A stretch of DNA of 64,000 nucleotides, from NCBI RefSeq assembly GCF_009914755.1, contig NC_060929.1. The stretch is one strand, 5' to 3'. A program made the translations under genes and the position numbers. The DNA comes from the human T2T-CHM13v2.0 reference genome, Homo sapiens. The notes beneath the pieces were generated by a model. The model was not told the origin of the DNA, ran no database searches, and worked only from the letters and a program-made list of their open reading frames with translations. Positions 53,236 to 64,000 of the stretch are shown here, one piece after another (within the stretch, counting starts at the first letter, position 1; every line of letters begins with the position of its first letter).

Positions 53236-56147
53236 CTTACTATTATCAATGAGTTTTGTACCTTCAGATGATGTCTTATTGCTCATTAATGTCCTTTACT
53301 TTCTGATTGAAGTACTTTCTTTAGCAATAGGACAGGTCTGGAGTTGATAAAAGTCCTCAGCTTTTGTTTGTCTGGAAAAGTCTTTATTTGTCCTTCCTGA
53401 TTGACAGATATTTTTGCCAGACATAATAGTCTAGTGTAAATTTTTTTTCTTTCAACATTTTAAATATATTATGCCACTTTCTCCTGACCTGTAAGGTTTC
53501 CACCAAGATGTCTGCTGCCAGATGTACTGGAGTTCCATCGTATGTTATTGGTTTCTTTTCTCTTGCTGCTTTTAAGATCTTTTTTAAATCCTTGACCTTT
53601 GGGAGTTTGAATATTAAATGCTGTTAGGTAGTCTTCTTTGAGGTGAATCTCTTTGGCATTCTGTAACCTTCTTGTATTTGGATATTGATATCTTTCTCTA
53701 GGTTTGGGAAGCTCTCTGTTATTGTTTCTTCGAATAAACTGTCTACCCCTAACTCTTTCTCTACTTCCTCTTTAAGGCCCTCTGATATTTGCCATTTTAA
53801 GACTATTTCCTAGATTTTGTAGGCATAAGTCGTTTTTTAAATTCTTTTTTCGTCTCCTCTGTGTATTTTCAAATACCATGTCATTAGGCTCACAAATTTT
53901 TTTTTTTGCTTGATCAATTCTGCTATTAAGAGACTAGTATGCATTATTCAATATGTCAATTGCATTTTTCAACTCCAGAATTTCTGTTTGATTTTTAAAT
54001 ATTATTTCCATCTTTTTGTTAAATTTATCAAATAGAATTCTGAATTCCTTCTCTGTGTTATCTTGACTCTCCTTGAGTTTCTTCAATACAGCCATATTGA
54101 ATTCTCTGTCTAAATGTCACATAGCTCTGTTTCTCCAAGATTCGTCCTTGGTGCCTTATTTAGTTTGTTTGGTTATAACATGTTTTCCTTAATGGTCTTG
54201 ATGCCTGTTGATGTTTGTTGGTGTTTGGGCACTTATTGTTATCTTCTGTCTGGGCTTGTTTGTACTCATGCTTCTTGGGAATGCTTTCCAGGTATTAAAA
54301 AAGACTTGGGTGTTGTAATCTAGACATGTCTACAGTAACAGGGCAGCCCAAATGCAGTAATGCTGTGGTTCTTGAAGACCCTTAGAGGTACCACCTTGAT
54401 ATTCTTAGATAAGATCCGAAAAAAATTGCCAGATTACCAGAAACATAATCTCATTGTCTTTCCTTACTTTCTCCCAAACAAACAGACTCTCTCTCTGTGA
54501 CGAGCCATCTGGTGCTAGGGATTGGGTGACACAAGTACTCCTGTGATCACCACCCTTAAAACTGCACTGGGTCAGACTTAAAGCCAGCACAACACTGGAT
54601 CTCCCCCAAGGTCTGCTATAGCCATTACCTGGCTACTGTCTATGTTTTCTCAAGGCTTTAGGGCTCTACTATCATCAGGAAGCAAAGCCAGCCAGCCTTA
54701 CGTGCTTTTCTTCAGGGCAGTGAGTTCCCTCTGATTTCACACAGGTCCAGAGATGCCTTCTAGGAGCTAGGGACTGGAGCCAACAACCTTAGAAATCTAC
54801 CTGGTGTTTCATTCCACTGTGACTAAGCTGGCCCTCAAACCATGAAACACAGTCCTTCCTACTCTTCCCTCCCCTTTCCACAGGCAAAAGAGCCTCACCA
54901 CATGGCCAACACCACCAGAGGCCCACAGGGAGTATTGCCAGGATACCACCGATGTTCACTTAAGGCTCAAAGCCTCTTCAGTCAGCTTTTGGTGAATGCT
55001 GCCAGGCCTGGGACTCACCCTTCAGGGCAGTAAGTTCTCTTCTGGCCCAGGGAAGGTCCAGAAATGCCATCTAATAGCCAAGGCCTGGAATAAGGGGATT
55101 CAAGAGTCTGCTTGGTATGCTACTCTACTGTGGCCAAGCTGGTATCTAAGGTGCAAGATGAAGTCTACTTTACTTTTCACTCTGCTTTTCTTATGAAGAA
55201 GGAGTCTCTTACCACAGCCATCACAACTGGGAATGTGCTGGGTCTCACCTGAAGCCATCTCAGATTCTCACCCAAAGCCCATATTGTGCTATCTCATTAT
55301 CACTGCTGTTTATTCAGGTCCCAAGGGCTTTTTAGTCAGCACGTGATGGTTTTTGCCAGGACTGGGTCCTTCCCTCCAAGGTAGTGGGTTTCCTTCTGGC
55401 CTACTGTGTGTCTAGAATTGTCATCCAGGAACTAGCACCTGGAATTAGGGCTTCACAACTTTGACTGATGCCCTATCCTACTGTGGCTGAACAAGTGTGC
55501 AAGATGCAAGAACAAAGTCTTCTTTATTATTTCCTGTCATCTCCTCAAGAGGAAGAAAGGGGTCTCTTTTGGAGCCATGAGCTACCTGGGCCTGGGAGAG
55601 AGGTGGTACAAACACTCCCTTAGCTGCCCTGGCTGGTATCTCAGTAGTTGGCATGCCCTCCAAGTCCACTGGCTCTGAGCCTAGTTCAGCTCTAGGACTT
55701 GTGGACTAGACTGCCTTTCAGTTTATTTGCAGTCCTTGTGGACTAGACTGCCTTTCCAGTCTATTTATGGCCCCAGAGCACTTCAGTTCACATTTGCAAG
55801 ACCTGCTGGAACTCAAGTTCTGACCACTAGGATGGGCAATTCCCCTCTGTCTAGGACTGGTCTGAATGCTCTCTCTGTGGTCAGGTATCAGCTGAGTTAT
55901 GCCCAGTTTCGCTTTCCCTTGTGACCGGGCACCACTGAGTTCAATGCAAAGTCTTACAATTGCTGCACTCTCCCTCTTCCAAGTGCACAGATTTCTCTGC
56001 AGCATGAGGGCACTGTGGGATGATAGGGGAAGGGGTAGCATTGACAGTTGAAGACTGTCTTTCTTTCCCTCTCCAGTGCCTCTTTGAAAAATATGAAGTC
56101 AAAACCAGGTACTGTGAGTGCTCACTTTATTATTGATTCTTACGAAG

Positions 56148-56149
<2 letters not shown>

Positions 56150-56184
<35 letters not shown>
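56150..56184. repeat. (TG)n microsatellite in the L1 5' UTR
   Basis: Directly visible. Confidence 0.95.
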
Positions 56185-56190
<6 letters not shown>

Positions 56191-57289
56191 GTTGTTGAAC
56201 TTGGTGTTCCTGTGGAGGGCAGAATTGTTGGGGTTTTCCATTCCATCATCTTGCTCCACCTCTTCTCCACTGTGTCTTCCATTATTTTCTTTTTGTGGTG
56301 CTAAACAATCTCTAGCATGGCTGTTTTGGCAAGTCACAAAAGCTCATGCAGATATTTTATTGTGCTGCTGCTACTCTGGAATGTGTGCAGAATCACCATG
56401 GGCATTATCATCATCACCACCATCACCAACATGATTAACAGAAAGAAAAATAAAACCAAGAAAACTGTAATATGAAAGGAGAATCTGAAGACATAAACTT
56501 TATACAATAGTTATGGAGTCAAACTGGCATAATTGCAGTGTTTTATTAGTTGATACTAAGCCATTTTACTTTGAGAAACACACATGCTAAATGACATAGA
56601 GGAAAAATAACATAAAGTGATTCATGTAGCAAATTTAAATTTTGCATCTGTTTTTCAGTTAAGATTAAGAATATGGAATTCAATTAAATGCAGTTATATA
56701 TGCTTTTACTTTCATGTATATGCAAGAGTTATGAGCTTGTCTGTTGTTAAACTGTCATAATTGCAAATAGAAATAGAAACTACAAATTCTGAAATATTTC
56801 AAGTACTATGAAAGGTTTGGTTTTAAAATGTCTAGCATCATAATTATTGAGGGTTAGGTACATCATTATTTAAAAGATCAAAAATTGTGTATTTTATTTA
56901 GAAAACATTTGCTGATATAATTAGGCATTTTGGAATATGGCAGTGCATGAATGCATGCTTGTTGTGTGAGTATGTATGGGGATATGCACATACTACAACA
57001 TATTGAACATGTATATAGATTTTACCCTAAACTAAAAGTAACTGTATAGTAGTAATTGAATAGAATTTAACTATCATTTCCATCATGACTGTAATATATT
57101 TTTTAAAAAAGCATGAAGAGTGGAATAGAGACTTATTTAAAAGAGTTAACTGGCAGATGAGTCACAGTAAAATTTTTTTAAAAAGAAATTGTTTGGTTAG
57201 AAAGTTAAAACATGATTAATGTTGAAAAATAACTAATAGAGTGAGAAAGTTTTACTCAGAAAATTGAGTAAATAATTCAAAATAGTTAA

Positions 57290-60200
57290 GAAATAGACAC
57301 ACAATTATAATTTGGGTCCTTAACACATCCTTGTAGACACACAACTGTATGAACTATTGACCATAAATCAGTAGACTATTGATCTAATCAATATTATCAA
57401 CTAACAGGATGTATTTGACATGCATAGAATACTTCAGCAAAAAACAGAGGAATACCCTTTCTTCATGAGTCCATAGAACATTGAACAAGATAGACCACAA
57501 CCTGGGTGATGAAACAAAACTCAACATTTCAAAGAATTAAAATCCTGCCGAGATTTATATCTAACTATAACAAACTCGAACTAGAAATCAATAACAGAGA
57601 GATAACAAAAATTATCTAAACACTTGGAAATTAAACAGCACACTTATAAATAGTTCGTGTGTCTAACACATGGGAAGCCTCAAAATAAATTTTTTTAGTG
57701 CATAAATCTTAAAAAAATGGGGACAAACATTCATCAAAGTATGTGTGATGTGGCCAAGACAGTTCTGGGAGGAAAATTTATAGCACTAAATTTTACATTA
57801 GAAAAGAAAGTTATCAAATAGATAATAGAACTTGCTTTCTCAAGAAATACAAACCAGTAGAGAAAAAATAAACTTAAAGCCAGCAGAAGGAAAATAATAA
57901 AGATAGCAGTAATAGTTGAAATTAAAAATATAAAAACAATAGAGAAAAATCAGTGAAACGAAGAGTTAGTACTTTGAAAGTTTCAATAAAAGTGTTGAAC
58001 TGCTAGTGAGACTGCCAAAAATAGAGAAGCTAATAATCATTAACGTCAGGAATAAACTAGAGGTATTACTATAGATTCTGCTGTCATCAAGTGGATAATA
58101 AGGGGATACAGTGATTAACTTTACACTCATTAATTTGATCAATTAGAAAAAAAAAATAACCAATTTCTTAAAACGACAAACCACTGAAGCCCAACTCAGG
58201 AGGAAATAGGTACTCTAAATAGTCCTGTCACCATTAAGGTACTGAATTTGTATTTAAGAAGCTCCTGAAACAGGATTTCTTCTGGCTTAGATGGTTTCAG
58301 TTGAGAATTATTTCAAATGTTTAAGGAAGAATTAACACCAACTTCATACAATCTCTTTCAGAAACTAGAATTGAAGAAAGGATTTCTCAACTAATTTTAT
58401 GAACCCAGTATTTCCCTGTCCCAAATCAAAATTAGCCCAAATAAGAAAAATCTAGACAAGTATCTTATGAACTCAGACACAAAAGCTATCAAAAAATATC
58501 TGCAAACTGAATTTAATAATGTATACACATCATTATAAACTATGATCAAGTTAGATTTATTTTTGTTATGCAAGTCCAGTTCAATATTTGAAAATTAATC
58601 AGTGTAATCTACCACATCAACAGACTAAAGGAAATTTCTATGATTATATAAATTGACTAAAAAAAAAAACCCTTTTGTCAAACTCCAACACACAGGTCAA
58701 CAATCAGAAATAGAGAATTACCTAAATGTAATATGGAGTGCCTACCCAAAACAAAACAGAGCAAAACAGAAACCAAAAAACTGCATCTAAAATTATTTGT
58801 AATGGCAAAACCCTGAATCCTCCCTATACCTCAAGGTTAGAAACAAGACAAATATGTCCACTCATATGAACTTTATTTAATGAACTACTGGTAGTTCTTT
58901 CTACTGTTGTAAGTCAAGAGAAGGAAACAAAGAGCAAGTAGATTGAAAAGACGTTGTCTCTCTTTGTAGATGACATAATTGTTTATGTAGAAAATCTTAA
59001 GTAAGTTACAAAAAAAAATCAGCTGTAACTAATAAGTGATTACAACAAGGCCACAAGACCCAAGAACACAGGACAAAATATACAACCAACAAAAATCATC
59101 ACATGTCTATATACTAATAATAAACATATTGAAATAAAATTTTAAAAAATACATGTATACTTCCTCCAAAAAACATATACTTAATTATAAACTTAATAAA
59201 ACATATACAGGAAATGTCAGTTGAAAAATGCAAAATAATGATGAAAGAAATTTTCAAAGTGCTAAATAAATGAAGAGCTATATTGGGTGAATAGATTGAA
59301 AGACTTGGCAGAGTAAAGACATTAATTCTACCAAGTTGATCTATAGGTTTAGGCAGGTGCTACCAAAATCCCAGCAAGGGGTTTTTTCTGTAGACAAAAG
59401 ACAAAAATATTTTGAAATTTACACAGAAAGTCACAGTCACTAGAATAGCCACACCAGTCCTGATAATGGAAAATAAAGTAGAAAAAATTACCCCACTCAA
59501 CGTAAAGTACTATATAGCTATTAGTAATAATATAGTCTAGTCTTGGTGGAGGTATAGATACATAGCTTAATTGAAGAGAACAAAAAGCCCAAATATACTA
59601 AATCCACAAACATACCCCTAACTAATTTTTGACAAAGTTCCAAAGGCAATTCATTGCAGAAAAGATAACATTTTCAAATAACGGTTCTCGAGCAATTGAA
59701 CACTTACAGATAAAAAAAAAAAGGCAAGTAAAAAATAAATAAGAACTCAACCTTCAAACCTCTCACATTTGATACAAAATTTAACTCATAATAAGCCACA
59801 GATTAAATGTAAAATGTAAAAGTGTGAAACTTGTAGCTAAAAATATAGAACAAACACTTGGAATCTATGATGGACAGAATCCTTATTGTTTACATCAAAA
59901 GCATGAACCATAAGGGAAAAATGATAAATTGGACTTCATTGAAATCTAAATATTTCACTCTATAAAGAGTGAAAGAAAGCTACATATGGGAAGAAAATGT
60001 TTGCTAGCCATGTATTTGACAAATGGATAGTATCTACAATATGTAAAGAATTCTCAAAAGAAAACCCAATTATGACATGAGCAAAAAACAGCAAGATACA
60101 TTTCATTGAAGAAGATGTCCCAGTGGCAGGTAAGCACATGCAAAGATGTTCAACATCATCAGACACTGGAGAAACCCAAAATGAACCATACATACAGTAA

Positions 60201-61580
60201 TCAAAATGAACCAGGCATACACACCTATCCAAGTGGCAAAACAATACAGAACAAAATCGATAAATACATAAAAAGTCAATGCCAGTGTCAAATGTGAGTT
60301 AGGATGTAGAGGAACTGGACTCAAACATTTCTCATACAGGGCAAACTAGCCCCAAAGTGGAGTTTAGCCTGTGAGGGTTCTTGGCCTTGCCCAGGAAAGA
60401 ATTCAAAGGCAAGCCAGATGTAGAAGAAAACAGTTGTATTGAAGAGGCAGTGTTACAGTCTGATGGAGTTACAGCTCCATGACTGCTCCTGCAGAGCATG
60501 GCTACCCAGTAGTAGGCAGACCACCGTAGCTCAGGGCAGCTTTGCAGTCATATTTATACCCACTTTTAATTGCATGCAGATTAAGGCGTGGTTTATGCAG
60601 AATTTTCTAGGGAAGGGGTAGTAACTTGGGTCATTGGGTCATAGCCATGTAAAGACTCGGTAAAAGTTGGGTGTTGCCATTGGAATGATAAATTGACATG
60701 GCACATTGGTGGGCATGTCTAATTAGAAAACTGCTTCTTACCAGGCCCTGTGTTAACTTGTCCTCAATCTGGTTCCGTGTCTGAGCCCCACCTCTGGAGT
60801 TGTGTCCTGCTTCTTACATCATTTCTATTGGGATTGTGAACTGGTACACCCACTCTGGAAAAAAAAATGTTTAACAGTTCTGCATTAAAACTAAACATAC
60901 AATCTAGCGAATTGACCCCTGGGGATTATTCCTAGAGAAATAAAACTTATGTTCAAACAAAAGCCTACAGGTGAATGTTCATAACAGCTTTATTTGTAAT
61001 AGCTCAAAACTGGAAACAACACCTATATCAAAATATGGTGCATCCATGCCACGGATTATTACACAGCCAAAGGGAATGAACTATAGATGTACAGTTTGGA
61101 TGAATCTCCAGAGAATTACATGGAGTCAAAAAAGGCAATCCCAATAGGCTTCATACTTTGTGATCCCATTTACGAAATGAAGCACAGATTTGTGATTGCC
61201 AGGTAGGAGAGACATAGTTGGGTTTGAGATTGACAGGGAGTTGAATATGATTTAAAAGAGCAATACGAAGATAATTGCAGAAATGGAACTGTCCTGTACC
61301 TTGATTGAGGTAATGGATACAATAAATTACACATGTGACAAAATTGCACTGAGCTCAATATATACACAAACATAAAACATGTAAAACAGGGAAAAAGTGT
61401 ATCAATGTTAATGTACTGGTTGTGATATGTCCTATGGGTTTCAGGATGTTATCATGCAGGGAAACTGGGTAAAGCATAGGCGGAATCTGTGTTATTTTGT
61501 ATACAGTAACTACCTGTGGATCTACAAATACATCAGAATAAATATTTACAATGCAAATTTTAAAAAGAAAATAAAGCTAT
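57290..61580 (+). mobile_element. Old L1 (L1MC/L1MD-like) ORF2 and 3' UTR remnant
   Basis: EN-domain remnant (AAGATAGACCAC, ~57487) and RT remnant (TTTGTAGATGACATAATT = F.DD.I, ~58963). The L1MC/MD-type 3' UTR reads GGTTGTGATAT...GGGAAACTGGGTAAAG...GATCTACAA. Confidence 0.85.
60332..60821 (-). mobile_element. MER66-like ERV1 solo LTR inserted in the old L1
   Basis: Contains GAGGGTTCTTGGCCTTGCCCAGGAAAGAATTCAAAGGC, with a 4-bp TSD TTTC (60328-60331 / 60822-60825). Confidence 0.75.
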
Positions 61581-61638
61581 GCGCTATAAATTTCAAAGTG
61601 ATATGTTAAAAATATAAAATAAAATAGTCAAGAAAACT

Positions 61639-61946
61639 GGCCAGGCACAGTGGCTCATGCCTGTAATCCCAGCACTTTGGGAGGCTGAGATGGGCAGATT
61701 ACTTGAGGTCAGGAGTTCGAAACCAGCCCGGCCAACATGGTAAAATCCCGTCTCTACTAAAAATAAAAAAAAATTAGCCAGCTATTGTGGCGAACGCATG
61801 TAGTCCTAGCTACTCAGGAGGCTGAGGCAGGAGAATCACTTGAACCCCGGGAGGCAGAGTTTGCAGTGAGCTGAGATCAAGCCACTGCACTCCAGCCTGG
61901 GTGACAGAACAAGACTACATCTCAAAAAAAAAAAAAAAAAAAAAAA
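61639..61946 (+). mobile_element. AluS (Sz/Sx-like)
   Basis: Full dimer with an A23 tail and TSD AGTCAAGAAAACT / GGTCAAGAAAATT. Confidence 0.95.
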
Positions 61947-64000
61947 GGTCAAGAAAATTAACCTACAGCCGAATATTCTTCATTAGTTGTGGTAAAAGGT
62001 TAGCATGTGATATATGATAAAACCTCAAATGATTACCACAAACTAAGGTTCGGCATATGACAAACTTCTTCATTCAGGATTTTATATAGATAGGTAAATT
62101 TTGAAGCATGAAATTAAAAAAACAGTACTCTATCTGAAATCGCTCACTTGAGACTTATTATATGTGATTTGATTATGTTTTTAAATATCGAGTTGAATAT
62201 TCCATGTTTCACATATGCTGAGAGAAATTGGCAGCAATGACCATATTCTATTGAATTACTTTTATAGTATTCACTGTCCTTAAAAACAAATGTTGAGTAA
62301 TATCTATAAGAAGTATAATGTTGTTTCAAGTATCAAGGATACTCTTATCTGTAAGGTACACTTCGGCCTACCAGGGAGCAGTTTTAAGCGTGTTCTTAAT
62401 ACACTAACAAAAATGAACAATAGCCACTTATTCATAATAAAGGTATGGAAAGAGAGAAAATAGACATTAATATAACACCTGCATTCCAATAACCCCTTCT
62501 TTTCTGAAATTTCTTTTTTAACCTTAATTTTGTCTTCCTTTTTCCTTCCATTTGTTTTTTAAATCACGATTCCTCATGTTATCATTGCCATTTTCTATCT
62601 GTATATCTCTTTTCTATCTTTCCATCTTTTCTCTACTGGGAAATTCATATGATTTTAAAAATGAAATTTAAGGTTTTACTTAGTTTTTGCAAAATAATAT
62701 TTTATGGTAATACTAGGAATATTCATAAATAATAATTCTTTGTACAAAGTACCAGTCAATGTGCTGAATAATTTATTTTAGATTTTTTGAAGTCAATTCA
62801 CAGTGATTAGGTTATGATAATACATTAACAGAAGAAAGTCAAAAAAGAGATTTTCATTTCTATGAAAGATATGTTCAGAAGTTTATATTATGTATACAAT
62901 CATGCTCTTTCCTAGAAGGGAAAAATAATTACAAACCATATGGTTAACATAAAATAAGAAAAGAATACAATTAAGATTTATTTTTCAGTTTGAACAGTAA
63001 TAAATTTATTCCTTATTTCCTTTGCAATTTAATTTGTTCCAGATGGTTCCACTGTCTATTTTTACTCTAACTCTCATTTCAATGGAACAGTGTAGTTCTT
63101 CCACACAATTTTTCAATTTGCTTTTGTATTCATGTTTTGAAACTAAGTTATTTGATGTTTATCTATGGAAAACTAAGTATTTTTAAAGCAAAAATAAAAT
63201 AACATATTTCTCATTTAAAAAAGTAATTTTAAAATTACTTTTAAGCTTGTGCCCATCCGTGGAATAAATATTTAATAACTTTTTACTCAGATCAAAAGAG
63301 TACATATTAAAGAATTCTAGAATATACTGGAAAATGTACATCACAATGCCAATAATTGCTGTATTTCCCTGGAGATATTACAGGTGAAAATTTTTTATTT
63401 TCTACATTTCTACTGTTCCCTTGGCTTTCTACATGTTTTAGCTTTCTGAGATAATCATAATCAATTAGTCATAATAAATTATGGTGCCAAATGTCAAAGA
63501 CTTCTATAAACAAGGAAAAACTTTCTTTTCAAAAGTAAAAACTTACAAAAAAGTCCAAATGGCTCGATAGATAATTTGCAATAGAAATTGGTAGTTAATT
63601 CCAGATAAAGAAATACAAATTTTTAAAATTCTAACAAGAACAAACTTTACACATAAATATCACCTGTATCAAAATAACTTATTTTACATTTAATGAAATC
63701 AATACATCTTGTATTCTTTTTATATGTCAGTTTTTATATGTCCTATATATATGATATATATAATTGTTTACATATAAACAATTTGAAACTACTTCAATAG
63801 TTGAGACAATGGCAATATGATAAAAATGAATTACTAATATAAAAAGTTGCCAGAAAATGGGTTAGCTAACTTAGGACTTACAAATGGAATCTATGACCTC
63901 AATACAGGTTTGCAAAGATCTAGTGTTCAAGTGATTGCACATATTTTTGGAGTGCTAAAAATTAAAATAAACAGCTTAATTATGAAAAAATGTATATATA

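Larger units (their letters stand above)
48287..56275 (-). mobile_element. Apparently full-length L1MA2-like LINE-1
   Basis: The L1MA1/2-type 3' UTR (GATACATAGTAGGTGTATA...TTGATACAGGCATGC) is present. ORF2 remnant is ~52842 (ATGACGGGAGTAAG) to ~48666 and ORF1 remnant is ~53290-54200. The 5' end is GAGGTGGAGCAAGATG at ~56262. Candidate TSD is CTCCCATTACTT / CTTCCATTATTT. Both ORFs are disrupted. Confidence 0.88.

Overview
This is AT-rich, CpG-poor primate (human-like, catarrhine) non-coding DNA. It contains no credible host protein-coding gene, RNA gene, CpG island or CRISPR array. The longer or recognisable ORFs in the track come from transposable elements, and the rest look like chance. A large part of the window is transposon relics. 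These are a decayed ERVL-class provirus (gag end, pro, RT, RNase H, IN, dUTPase-like, 3' LTR) at 205-4570, two complete two-LTR MaLR elements with TSDs (THE1A 17830-20140; MSTA 31708-34078), an apparently full-length L1MA2-like LINE (48287-56275) carrying a THE1D solo LTR, and a young 5'-truncated L1PA3/4 inside a MER33. There is also an old L1MC/MD split by a MER66-like LTR, about a dozen Alus, and MIR, L2, hAT and other LTR fragments. Subfamily names were recognised by eye from remembered consensus sequences and need RepeatMasker/Dfam confirmation. I found no convincing new biological system. The structure that standard repeat calls do not explain is local. It comprises a ~1.07-kb tandem duplication, an unassigned ~214-bp dispersed duplication, a ~165-bp unassigned hairpin, fold-back palindromes at element junctions, a perfect recent 52-bp tandem duplication, and an intact DUX4-type site in the THE1D LTR.
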